The notes beneath the pieces were generated by a model that was not told where the DNA came from, made no database searches, and saw only the letters and a list, made by a program, of their open reading frames with translations. A stretch of 46,682 nucleotides of DNA from Thermodesulfovibrionales bacterium (GTDB lineage Bacteria > Nitrospirota > Thermodesulfovibrionia > Thermodesulfovibrionales > CALJEL01), in contig JBKBPW010000001.1 of the NCBI GenBank assembly GCA_046292975.1, positions 1-46,682 on the forward strand. Reading direction: 5' to 3'. Shown here one piece after another: positions 1 to 8,675 of this stretch. The number at the start of each line of letters is the position of its first letter. The stretch's first letter is position 1. A program made the translations under genes and the position numbers.

Positions 1-75
1 TGTCCTCTCTTCAACTACCTGATAGATAAGCTCAAGAGTGACTTTTTTGATAGCACCTGTAAGAAGTTCTCTCAT
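1..75 (-). CDS. 5' end of an unidentified CDS running off the left edge (MRELLTGAIKKVTLELIYQVVEERT...)
   Basis: Reverse-strand ATG at 75-73 opens a frame that stays open to position 1. Only 25 codons are visible and no motif is recognisable. Confidence 0.25.
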   Translation of the reverse strand, partial: MRELLTGAIKKVTLELIYQVVEERT

Positions 76-132
76 TTTGTTATCTCCCTTAAAAAGTATA
101 TCACAAATTACATTTACAGTGCCGTAGGTTGT

Positions 133-229
133 CTGTAAATTGCCGATACAAAAAGGGCAGGCTGCCTCAATAGTTCGGTTAAATGAAAGAAGCGATTGAA
201 AGTGTAGGGCAAGGTTCTGAACCTGCCCC
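133..229. mobile_element. Truncated copy (left end, about 100 bp) of the MITE-like family defined at 8993-9305 and 20848-21108
   Basis: The first 39 nt (ctgtaaattgccgatacaaaaagggcaggctgcctcaat) match 8993-9031 at 37/39 by hand alignment. There is an internal inverted GGGCAGG / CCTGCCC pair. No right terminal repeat is present. Confidence 0.5.
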
Positions 230-243
230 TACTTAATTCACTA

Positions 244-319
244 TGGTGGACGGTAGGGGATTCGAACCCCCGACCTCCAGAGTGCGATTCTGGCGCTCTC
301 CCAGCTGAGCTAACCGCCC
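244..319 (-). tRNA. tRNA-Ala (anticodon CGC), CCA encoded
   Basis: The reverse complement reads GGGCGGTTAGCTCAGCTGGGAGAGCGCCAGAATCGCACTCTGGAGGTCGGGGGTTCGAATCCCCTACCGTCCACCA. It folds as a cloverleaf with a G3:U70 Ala identity pair, a CCAGA/TCTGG anticodon stem with CGC in the loop, and a GGTTCGAAT T-loop. Confidence 0.9.
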
Positions 320-328
320 ATGCTTAGG

Positions 329-1702
329 TCATTCACCTATCTCTGACTGCCTTCCAACTATCACAAAAAGCCCTTCAGTTGATAACAATCTCTTTGCCAC
401 TTTTATTATATCATCCTTTGTTACTGCCCTGATGTATTCAGGATACCTTTTAAGGTAGTCATCTCCCAGACCATAAAATTCAGCTATAGTGAGAAAGTCA
501 GCTATCTTCTTTGTTGTGTCAATCTTTCTTGGAAGACTGCCAGTGAGATAGGCCTTTGCATCCTCAAGCTCCTCATCACTAACAGGTTCTTTGATTATCT
601 GCTCTATCTCCTCTTTTATTATCTTAATTGCGGTTATGGCAGAGCTATTTTTTGTCTGGAGTTCTATTATGAAAAGGCCGGGCTCTTCATTTACAGTAAA
701 ATAACTTGATACATCATAGGCAAGGCCCATATCATCCCTTATCTTCTGAACCAGTCTTGAGCTGAAACCTCCACCACCAAGGATATAGTTCATCACAGAG
801 GCAGCATAATAGTCAGGATCACTTCTACTTATTCCAGGAAGACCATATAATATGTTTGCCTGAGTGAGGTCTTTATTTATAATTACAGGCCCTGACCGAC
901 TGAGGCTGTAGCTACCAGCATCCTTACTTTTACCACCATTCTTCTTAACTTCTCCGGCAAATTTCCATTTTTTAAAATCCTCAATCAATTCTTCAATCTC
1001 CTTTTGATTAATATCTCCAGCTATCACAAGTATAGAGCCTTCTGGTTTATAGAAATCTTTATAGAAATCCATAAGGTCTTTTCTTTTTATTGCCTTAATC
1101 GTCTCGGGATAGCCTTCAACAGGTCTTGAATAAGGATGGTCTTTAAATAGTTCCTTTCTTAAGGTCTTCATTGCTATATAGGAGGGTTCCTGTTCTTTTT
1201 TTATAAGAGTTGTCTTGAGGATAGATTTCTTTTTCTTCAGCATATCTGCCGGGAAAACAGGGCTAAAGATAATCTCCTTAAAGATCCTGAATAATTCTCT
1301 GAGGTCTTTCTTGAGGACATGGAGCGATAGGATTGTATAGTCATAGTCTGTATTTGCTGAGATGGAGGCCCCGAAAAACTCTATGGTCTCACTTATTTCA
1401 GCAGACTTCAAGGTCTTTGTTCCCTCAAGGAGCATATCTGCTGTTAGTGAGGCAAGCCCTGCCTTCTCCGGTGGCTCATGCCTTGAGCCAGCCCTTATAA
1501 GGAGATTGATGGAAACAATTGGAAGCTCATGCCTCTCTACATGAAGGAGGGTAAGACCGTTTTCAAATCTCTGTTTTTTAATGTCAGGTTCAAAGGCATG
1601 GCAGAGTGCCGGCAATAATAATATTAAGATTGATAACAGGGCAATCTTTACTCTGAAACTTGCCGATAGATAATTGGTGAATCGGTTCACCCCTTCACCC
1701 AT
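329..1702 (-). CDS. M16 (pitrilysin/insulinase) family peptidase, predicted non-catalytic partner subunit
   Basis: 457 aa ORF with M16 N/C-domain architecture and a signal-like N-terminus. The position of the HxxEH zinc motif reads LTADMLLEG (no His). It directly follows a catalytic M16 gene. Confidence 0.8.
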   Translation of the reverse strand: MGEGVNRFTNYLSASFRVKIALLSILILLLPALCHAFEPDIKKQRFENGLTLLHVERHELPIVSINLLIRAGSRHEPPEKAGLASLTADMLLEGTKTLKSAEISETIEFFGASISANTDYDYTILSLHVLKKDLRELFRIFKEIIFSPVFPADMLKKKKSILKTTLIKKEQEPSYIAMKTLRKELFKDHPYSRPVEGYPETIKAIKRKDLMDFYKDFYKPEGSILVIAGDINQKEIEELIEDFKKWKFAGEVKKNGGKSKDAGSYSLSRSGPVIINKDLTQANILYGLPGISRSDPDYYAASVMNYILGGGGFSSRLVQKIRDDMGLAYDVSSYFTVNEEPGLFIIELQTKNSSAITAIKIIKEEIEQIIKEPVSDEELEDAKAYLTGSLPRKIDTTKKIADFLTIAEFYGLGDDYLKRYPEYIRAVTKDDIIKVAKRLLSTEGLFVIVGRQSEIGE

Positions 1703-1704
1703 GA

Positions 1705-3066
1705 CTATTTTGTCCTTTCCTTTAGTGGTATTAATATACCAACTGTCCTGTTGTCTTCGGTGAGATATTTTCTTGCAACCCTCTGTATATCTTCAGGTGT
1801 TACAGCCCTTATGGCATCAAGATATTTATCTTTTAAATACCATCCGCCAAGAAGCTCAAAGGTGCCTATGAGCCTTGCCATGGAATAAACTGAATCCATC
1901 TCCATGATAAATGCTGCCTCTATCTGATTCTTTGCCTTTTCGAGCTCTCTTTCTGAGGGAGGAGAATTTTTGATCTCATCTATTACATCATAAATTGCCT
2001 TTTCCAGTTCCTGAATATCCTTTCCCTGTAAGGGGACACCATCAAAGAAGAAGAGATAAGGAAACCTGTTAAATCCACTATAAGAGGCATCCACAGAGGC
2101 AGCAAGCTTTTTTTCTGAAATAATCTTTTTATAAAGTCTTCCACTCTTTCCAGTAAGTATGGCACTAAGGATATCAAGGCCAGCAGCATCTTCATGAGGA
2201 AAACCTGGAACATGATAGGCTATAAGGAGATAGGGTACTTCAGCCTCTTTTTTTAGATAAATCCTTTTCTCACCCCTCTGGGGTGGCTCTTCAGTAAAAT
2301 CCCTTTGAGGGATGTTTTCTGATGGTATATTCTCAAAGGCATCTTTAATTTTTTTTAAGATCTCCTCAGGATTTACATCTCCAGCAACTATTATAAAGGC
2401 ATTTGAGGGAGTATAAAATTTCCTGTAATAAGAAAAAAGGTCCTCTCTTGTTATTGATTTGAGGTCAGACATAAGTCCTATTACAGGCCATCTGTATGGA
2501 TGTGCCTTAAAGGCAGTAAGCTGAACCTCTTCAAATAAAGATGCCTCAGGGTCATCTTCGTAACGGAGTCTCCGCTCCTCCATCACAACAGCCCTCTCAT
2601 ATTGAAGGTCCTCTTCCCTGAGCAGGAGATTTCTCATACGGTCAGACTCAAGGTCTATGGAGAGGGCTATCCTGTCAGATGGAAGTATCTGGAAATAGGC
2701 AGTGTAGTCTTTTGTTGTATAGGCATTATCTATACCGCCATTTTTTTGAACAATCTTTGAAAGTTCTTTTGAACCATATCTTTCTGTCCCTTTAAAGGCC
2801 ATATGCTCAAAGAGATGACTCAACCCTGTCTTCCCCTTTGGCTCATCAGTAGAGCCAACCCTGTACCATATCTGAAAGGTGGCAACAGGTGCCTTGTGGT
2901 CTTCAAGGATTATAACCTTTAGTCCATTTTTAAGGACAAATTCATGGGTCTCTATGGCAGAGGAACTCCCTGTAAGAAAGACAAAAAATAAAATTAATGT
3001 AAAAATCACTGAGTTGGGGAAGAATCTTTTTTTGTTTTTAATAATGCTATCCTCTAAAAGTTCCAT
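1705..3066 (-). CDS. M16 family zinc metallopeptidase, catalytic subunit
   Basis: 453 aa ORF with an inverted zinc motif HLFEH (HxxEH) in GLSHLFEHMAFKGT and an N-terminal hydrophobic signal/anchor. Confidence 0.85.
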   Translation of the reverse strand: MELLEDSIIKNKKRFFPNSVIFTLILFFVFLTGSSSAIETHEFVLKNGLKVIILEDHKAPVATFQIWYRVGSTDEPKGKTGLSHLFEHMAFKGTERYGSKELSKIVQKNGGIDNAYTTKDYTAYFQILPSDRIALSIDLESDRMRNLLLREEDLQYERAVVMEERRLRYEDDPEASLFEEVQLTAFKAHPYRWPVIGLMSDLKSITREDLFSYYRKFYTPSNAFIIVAGDVNPEEILKKIKDAFENIPSENIPQRDFTEEPPQRGEKRIYLKKEAEVPYLLIAYHVPGFPHEDAAGLDILSAILTGKSGRLYKKIISEKKLAASVDASYSGFNRFPYLFFFDGVPLQGKDIQELEKAIYDVIDEIKNSPPSERELEKAKNQIEAAFIMEMDSVYSMARLIGTFELLGGWYLKDKYLDAIRAVTPEDIQRVARKYLTEDNRTVGILIPLKERTK

Positions 3067-3237
3067 AAAACTATTATAAATGTTTTGTGATGAGTTAATA
3101 AAGATAAGATGTTCTCACTGTAGAATGGTCATTGAAGACCTTGACATTGTTGATCCTGACATGAGAGATAGCCAGAAGGCTTACCCAGTATATCCTTGAG
3201 CTTTGCAAATACATGACATTTCATTTCCTCCTGTCTG

Positions 3238-3246
3238 TGATATAAT
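3238..3246 (+). promoter_or_regulatory. Candidate extended -10 promoter element (TGATATAAT) upstream of lemA
   Basis: TGnTATAAT lies 28 nt upstream of ATG 3274, with AGGAGG at 3262-3267 as RBS. No clear -35. Confidence 0.3.
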
Positions 3247-3273
3247 TTAACAGTTCATTGCAGGAGGATTTAA

Positions 3274-3831
3274 ATGATATCTTTACTGATTATTGCCGGA
3301 ATAATTTTTCTTTTTGTCATTACAGTTGTCACAATCTACAACAGGCTTGTTAAGCTCAGAAATACTGTTAGGGCATCGTGGTCTGATATTGATGTTCAGC
3401 TTAAAAAGAGATATGACCTTGTGCCAAATCTTGTGGAAACCGTGAAGGGCTATGCAATACATGAAAGGTCCCTCTTTGAAAAAGTAACAGAGGCAAGGTC
3501 AATGGCTATGAGGGCATCCTCACCGGCAGAGAAGGCCAAGGCTGAGAATATCTTCAGCGAGACATTGAAGAGTCTCTTCGCAGTTGCTGAGGCCTATCCT
3601 GAGCTAAAGGCGAATTCTAACTTTATGCAACTCCAGTCACAGCTCAAGGAGCTTGAAGATAGTATTGAGTATGCAAGGAGATATTATAATGCCGTTGTTA
3701 GGGATTACAATATTATGGTGCAGTCCTTTCCTTCCAATGTTATTGCCTCACAGTTCGGATTTAAAGAAGAAGAATTTTTCGAGCTTGAGACCCCAGAGGT
3801 TGAAAGAAGACCGGTAAAGGTGAGTTTTTAG
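3274..3831 (+). CDS. lemA: LemA family membrane protein
   Basis: 185 aa with an N-terminal TM helix followed by the characteristic [10 protein letters not shown]...[26 protein letters not shown] LemA signature. Confidence 0.85.
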   Translation: [185 protein letters not shown]

Positions 3832-5552
3832 TGATGGCTGTGCTTTTTATATTCCTCTTTCTTGTATTTTGTCCTATACATGCCTCTGCTCAGGATTTCA
3901 TCATACACGAATTTCATTCAGAGATAACCATAAATAAGGATTCTTCTATTACGGTTGAGGAGACAATAGAGGTTGAGTTTTTCAGGCCAAGGCATGGAAT
4001 CTACAGGGAGATTCCCTATAAATACAAAGATGAGCTTGGAAAAACCACCAGGACACCAATAAAGGTGCAATCTGTTCGTGATGTTTCAGGCAACAAATGG
4101 AAATACAGGGTTCAGAAACAGGGAAGTGTTATAAATATAAGGATAGGAGATGCACAGATATATGTAACCGGTAAACAGACCTATGTCATTACCTACAAAG
4201 TGGATAATGCCCTTTTGTTTTTCAATGATCATGATGAGCTTTACTGGAATGTTACAGGCAATTACTGGAGGGCTCAGATTAAAAAGGCATCTGCAAAGAT
4301 TGTTTTATTAACAGAAAAGGTGAGTGATGAGCTATGGGCTGCCTGCTACACTGGATATTATGGTTCAAGAGAAAGGAACTGTGAATTCAGGACATCAGGT
4401 CACTCAGTAGAATTTTTTGCCAGAAGAGAGCTTAATCCAGAAGAAGGTTTTACTATTGCCTTTGGCTGGCAAAAGGGCATAGTGTCACCTCCGTCTTCAT
4501 TGAAGAAATTTTTAATTGATATTAATCTTGAGGAAAACTGGGTATTTATTTTTCCCCTGTTTTCTTTTCTCTTTATATTTAATCTCTGGCATAGAAAAGG
4601 AAGGGATCCACAGGTAAGACAAACAATTACTGTTATGTATGAACCACCAAGATACAATAATCTTCCCCTCAATCCTGCTGAGGTAGGTACACTTATTGAT
4701 GAAAAGATTGATGGTAGAGATATTACAGCAACCATAGTAGGTCTCGCTGTCAAAGGATATTTGAAGATAGAAGAGATAGAAAGGGAAGGCCTTATATTTG
4801 ACACAAGGGACTATTATCTTAAGAAACTTAAAGGATCAGATGATGAGCTCTCTGATTTTGAAAAGCTTTTGATGAAAAAGCTCTTTCCTGCCGGGGCAGA
4901 GGGCATTCTTGTCTCGGAGCTTAAAAATAAATTTTATATTCATCTCAGTTCATTGAAGGATACCCTTTATAATGGACTTGTGAAAAAAGGATATTTTTTA
5001 GTGAATCCTGAGAAGATAAGACAACTTTATATAATTTCTGGCATAGTAGTGAGCTTTATTGGTTTGTTGGCTGGTTCATTTCTTGTATTGCATGTTCAGT
5101 GGAAGGGGATAGTTGCTGGTATCCTTACAGGTCTTCCTGTCCTTTTATTTTCAGGTTTCATGCCAGCAAAGACGAGGGCAGGTGCAATGGCATACATGCA
5201 TGTCCTCGGCTTCAGGGAGTTTATGAACAGGGCTGAAAAAGACAGGATTGAGAGGATAGGTGATAAAGACCTCTTCTCGAGATTCTTACCCTATGCAATT
5301 GCCCTTGATGTTGTTGATAACTGGGCAGGAGCTTTTGAAGGTATTTATCAGAATCCGCCAGAATGGTATGTCTCTCAAAGAGGTTTCAGAATATTTGAGC
5401 CTGCTAATTTCTCAAGGTCAATAAGTTCTATGAGCACCCATCTGGGTTCTGTTATATTCTCCGCACCACGGGGTAGCGGAGTCAGTGGAAGCTCAGGAGG
5501 AGGTGGATTTTCAGGAGGCGGAACAGGTGGAGGTGGCGGCGGAAGCTGGTAA
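3831..5552 (+). CDS. DUF2207 domain membrane protein (LemA-associated), Gly-rich C-terminal tail
   Basis: 573 aa with a signal peptide, an extracytoplasmic N-domain, several TM helices and a terminal GSGVSGSSGGGGFSGGGTGGGGGGSW tail typical of DUF2207. The start is GTG 3831 or ATG 3834, overlapping the lemA stop. Confidence 0.8.
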   Translation: MMAVLFIFLFLVFCPIHASAQDFIIHEFHSEITINKDSSITVEETIEVEFFRPRHGIYREIPYKYKDELGKTTRTPIKVQSVRDVSGNKWKYRVQKQGSVINIRIGDAQIYVTGKQTYVITYKVDNALLFFNDHDELYWNVTGNYWRAQIKKASAKIVLLTEKVSDELWAACYTGYYGSRERNCEFRTSGHSVEFFARRELNPEEGFTIAFGWQKGIVSPPSSLKKFLIDINLEENWVFIFPLFSFLFIFNLWHRKGRDPQVRQTITVMYEPPRYNNLPLNPAEVGTLIDEKIDGRDITATIVGLAVKGYLKIEEIEREGLIFDTRDYYLKKLKGSDDELSDFEKLLMKKLFPAGAEGILVSELKNKFYIHLSSLKDTLYNGLVKKGYFLVNPEKIRQLYIISGIVVSFIGLLAGSFLVLHVQWKGIVAGILTGLPVLLFSGFMPAKTRAGAMAYMHVLGFREFMNRAEKDRIERIGDKDLFSRFLPYAIALDVVDNWAGAFEGIYQNPPEWYVSQRGFRIFEPANFSRSISSMSTHLGSVIFSAPRGSGVSGSSGGGGFSGGGTGGGGGGSW

Positions 5553-5556
5553 AAAG

Positions 5557-5586
5557 TTGACAAGCTATAAAAAGAATTCCTATACT
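5557..5586 (+). promoter_or_regulatory. Candidate sigma70-type promoter TTGACA-N18-TATACT
   Basis: Consensus -35 at 5557-5562 and a -10 at 5581-5586. The -10 ends 7 nt before ATG 5594 and no Shine-Dalgarno is visible. Confidence 0.3.
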
Positions 5587-5593
5587 TATTTAT

Positions 5594-6304
5594 ATGGCAA
5601 GTTTAAGTGAAGGGATTTTCAGAAAGGGGTTGGAATTATTTGAAGAGGGCAAATACCTGGAGGCAGAGCCCTATCTGAGAGAAGTTATACGCCAGAATCC
5701 TAAATATGCTGATGTCCAAAACAAGCTCGGTGTAATAGCAAGCATGAAAGGTGAGCTTCAAAAGGCAGTGCAGTACTTTGAGACTGCGCTAAAACTCAAT
5801 CCTTTTTATACAGAGGCACTTCTTAATCTTGCTGTAACTTATAACGAGCTTGGAGAATTTCAGAAGGCACAGGAGGCATTCCAGAATGCCAGACAGCTTG
5901 CAATCAGCGGAAAAAAGAATATAGACCCCTATCTTGCTGGAAAGCTTGCCAATGAGCACTTCAAGCTTGGCAATCTATATTTTGATATGGATCTTTATGA
6001 AGATGCAATAGATGAATATAAAAAGGCCCTTAATCTGAGGTCCAATCTTCCTGATGTGAGGGTAAAGCTTGGTATGGCATTCAGGTTTACAGGCAAGATA
6101 GGGCTTGCTATTCAGGAGTTCATCAAGGCAAAGGAGATAAATCCAAATTTTGTTCAGGCATGGATTCAGCTTGGCATCACCTATTATATGCAAGGGCATA
6201 CGGGCCTTGCTGTTGAGGAATGGAAAAGGGCCCTTGAGATTAACCCTGAACTCAAAGAGGTAAAAACCTATCTATCACTGCTTAAGGCGAAAGATATGTC
6301 ATGA
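5594..6304 (+). CDS. Tetratricopeptide repeat (TPR) protein
   Basis: 236 aa made of repeated 34-residue A/Y/L-patterned units (e.g. AVQYFETALKLNPFYTEALLNLAVTY, AIDEYKKALNLRSNLPD, AVEEWKRALEINPE). Confidence 0.75.
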   Translation: MASLSEGIFRKGLELFEEGKYLEAEPYLREVIRQNPKYADVQNKLGVIASMKGELQKAVQYFETALKLNPFYTEALLNLAVTYNELGEFQKAQEAFQNARQLAISGKKNIDPYLAGKLANEHFKLGNLYFDMDLYEDAIDEYKKALNLRSNLPDVRVKLGMAFRFTGKIGLAIQEFIKAKEINPNFVQAWIQLGITYYMQGHTGLAVEEWKRALEINPELKEVKTYLSLLKAKDMS

Positions 6305-6341
6305 CCTGTGGCGAAATTAACAGTGGCGGCGAAACTAATAA

Positions 6342-7346
6342 ATGTCTGATATCAAAGCATCAACCATTGGTGGCGAGGTAGCAGTCTCTTTTAAAGAAGG
6401 TCTACTTTCCCTTAAAGATCTATCCATATATCTTAAAAGTCCTTATAAGGACCTACCAGTTGTTTCTTCTTTAGATCTCTCCATATCTTTAAGAGAGACA
6501 TTTTGCCTTGTTGGTGAAAGTGGCAGCGGTAAGACAATGACTGCCCTTGCCATTATGGGTCTGCTTCCAGAGAATATGTATCCCAAGGGGGAGATAATTT
6601 ATAAAGGAACCGATCTCTTAAAACTGCTTTCCGATGAGCTCAGAAGGCTGAGGGGGAAAGAGATTGCCATGATTTTTCAGGAACCAATGACATCTCTGAA
6701 CCCTGTGCTTACAATTGGTTATCAGATATCTGAGATGCTTATCACCCATCAGGGGCTCTCAAAGAAAGAGGCCCTGAGAGAGGTGGTTGAGCTTTTAAAA
6801 AAGGTAAACATCCCTTCTCCTGAGGAAAGGTTAAGGTCCTATCCCCATCAGCTTTCAGGCGGGCTGAGACAGAGGGTTATGATTGCCATGGCAATTGCCT
6901 GTAAACCAGGGCTCCTTATAGCAGATGAACCAACAACAGCCCTGGATGTCACAATTCAGGCACAGATCCTTGACCTTCTTGATAGATTAAAGGAAGAGCA
7001 TGGGCTTACTGTGCTTTTAATAACCCATGACCTCGGAATAGTGAGACAGCATTCTCAAAGGGTTGCAGTAATCTACAGAGGTAAGATAATGGAGATAGCA
7101 GAAACAGAGAGATTGTTTTCAAATCCACTGCACCCCTACACAATAGGTCTTCTACATTCACTGCCTGAGGTCCGTGGAAGGGCTTTAAGACCAATCCCTG
7201 GCTCAATACCTTCAATAAAAGATGTGCAAGAAGGATGCTTGTTCAAGGATAGATGTGAGAGGGTTATTGAGGAGTGCAAGATATCTGAACCAGAACTCAG
7301 GGAGATTGAGGAGGGGCATTTTGTAAGATGTCTGAGGGCAGGTTGA
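6342..7346 (+). CDS. ABC transporter ATP-binding protein, oligopeptide/dipeptide (OppD/DppD-like) type
   Basis: Walker A GESGSGKT, signature LSGGLRQR, Walker B LLIADEPTTALD and the C-terminal oligopeptide-ABC extension (HPYT...C..RC). Confidence 0.85.
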   Translation: MSDIKASTIGGEVAVSFKEGLLSLKDLSIYLKSPYKDLPVVSSLDLSISLRETFCLVGESGSGKTMTALAIMGLLPENMYPKGEIIYKGTDLLKLLSDELRRLRGKEIAMIFQEPMTSLNPVLTIGYQISEMLITHQGLSKKEALREVVELLKKVNIPSPEERLRSYPHQLSGGLRQRVMIAMAIACKPGLLIADEPTTALDVTIQAQILDLLDRLKEEHGLTVLLITHDLGIVRQHSQRVAVIYRGKIMEIAETERLFSNPLHPYTIGLLHSLPEVRGRALRPIPGSIPSIKDVQEGCLFKDRCERVIEECKISEPELREIEEGHFVRCLRAG

Positions 7347-7349
7347 GTT

Positions 7350-8291
7350 ATGAAGCTTATAGAGGTAAAAGATCTAAAGAAGTACTTCAAGATTCATGAT
7401 GGCCTGCTTAAGGCTGTTGATGGAGTGAATTTTCATGTCCGAAAGGGTGAGACAGTTGCCCTTGTAGGAGAAAGTGGATGCGGAAAATCTACACTCGCGA
7501 GGCTTGTTGTGAGGCTTCTTGAGCCAACCTCTGGCAGTGTGCTTTTTAAGGAAAAGGAAATATTCAGTCTTAAAGGAGAGGAACTGAGATGGTTCAGGAG
7601 ATCCGTCCAGATAATATTTCAGGATCCCTTTGCATCATTGAATCCGAGACTCAGTATTTTCAGCACACTTTCTGAACCTCTTAAGATTCACAAACTTGTG
7701 CAGAAAAGAGAGAGCAAAGACAGGGTTGCAGAACTCTTAAGATCAGTAGGATTAAGCCCTGATGATATGCACAAATATCCCCATGAATTTAGTGGTGGTC
7801 AGCGACAGAGGATATGTATTGCAAGGGCCTTGAGTGTGAACCCGGAGCTTATTGTTGCTGATGAGCCTCTCTCAAGCCTTGATGTATCTGTTCAAGCTCA
7901 GATATTGAATCTCCTTAATGAACTCAGGACAGGTCAGAACCTTTCCTTCCTCTTCATAAGCCATGACCTGAGGGTTGTGCATTACTTCAGTGATTATGTG
8001 ATGGTGATGTATCTGGGCAGAATAGTGGAAGAGGCTCCAGCAGAGGTGCTTTTTTCAAAGCCACTTCATCCCTATACAGTCATGCTCCTTGAGGCTATTC
8101 CATCAATAACAAAACCTAAAACAAAGAAAGGCCCTTTGAGGATAGATGAGATACCGAGCCCTCTTGATATTCCTTCAGGATGCCCCTTTCATCCAAGGTG
8201 TCCAGAGAAGTTTGAGCCCTGCGATAAAATTACACCTGAGTTCAGCTCAAAGGGTCAGTCAAAGGTAGCCTGCCATCTTTATAATCCGTAG
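7350..8291 (+). CDS. ABC transporter ATP-binding protein, oligopeptide/dipeptide (OppF/DppF-like) type
   Basis: Walker A GESGCGKST, signature FSGGQRQR, Walker B LIVADEPLSSLD and a C-terminal HPYT...GCPFHPRC motif. Confidence 0.85.
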   Translation: MKLIEVKDLKKYFKIHDGLLKAVDGVNFHVRKGETVALVGESGCGKSTLARLVVRLLEPTSGSVLFKEKEIFSLKGEELRWFRRSVQIIFQDPFASLNPRLSIFSTLSEPLKIHKLVQKRESKDRVAELLRSVGLSPDDMHKYPHEFSGGQRQRICIARALSVNPELIVADEPLSSLDVSVQAQILNLLNELRTGQNLSFLFISHDLRVVHYFSDYVMVMYLGRIVEEAPAEVLFSKPLHPYTVMLLEAIPSITKPKTKKGPLRIDEIPSPLDIPSGCPFHPRCPEKFEPCDKITPEFSSKGQSKVACHLYNP

Positions 8292-8352
8292 AGCAGTAGA
8301 CCAAAGAATCGCAAGATTTGGTTTGGGCTGAGAGCAACAGGCATCGGTGAAT

Positions 8353-8438
8353 TGGTGCCGGTGGTGGGATTTGAACCCACATGCCCCGAAGGGCGGGGGA
8401 TTTTGAGTCCCCTGCGTCTGCCATTCCACCACACCGGC
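8353..8438 (-). tRNA. tRNA-Leu (anticodon CAA), long variable arm, CCA encoded
   Basis: The reverse complement reads GCCGGTGTGGTGGAATGGCAGACGCAGGGGACTCAAAATCCCCCGCCCTTCGGGGCATGTGGGTTCAAATCCCACCACCGGCACCA. Acceptor stem GCCGGTG/CACCGGC, anticodon stem GGGGA/TCCCC with CAA, and T-arm GTGGG-TTCAAAT-CCCAC. Confidence 0.9.
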
Positions 8439-8474
8439 TATGAAGAGGTAAGCCTTAGGGCAAAAGGGTATATG

Positions 8475-8675
8475 CTACGATTGTTTATAATGCCTTATAA
8501 AATTCCTTATGCTTCTATCATAAGTCTTCTCTATCTCAGGAGAAAAGAAACAGGCTGGTAATTCTCCATTCTGCCTGTGATAATGAAGACAGTCGCAGCA
8601 CCTTAATTTCTTTGAGCAGGGCTCATAGGTGCAATTGCAGTATTTTTTATTTCTATCAATTCTCGGACAGTCCAT
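8475..8675 (-). CDS. Small Cys-rich protein (DUF6485-like)
   Basis: 66 aa with the motif [21 protein letters not shown]...LPACF. Family assignment is from memory of the CNCTY.PC..KG.CC.C pattern. The ORF overlaps the upstream PilZ gene by 20 nt. Confidence 0.55.
   Translation of the reverse strand: MDCPRIDRNKKYCNCTYEPCSKKLRCCDCLHYHRQNGELPACFFSPEIEKTYDRSIRNFIRHYKQS

Noticed and set aside
3190-3232. Minus-strand AGGAGG followed by three nested ATGs giving 12-39 aa peptides upstream of the M16 peptidase pair (possible precursor-peptide idea)
   Set aside because: The peptides are in three different frames and none has convincing spacing plus length. The AGGAGG is simply the complement of a CCTCCT run, and no maturation enzymes other than the peptidases are nearby.
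8242-8561. ORFs 8242..8424 (-) and 8352..8561 (+)
   Set aside because: Both are read through the tRNA-Leu gene, which explains the sequence far better.
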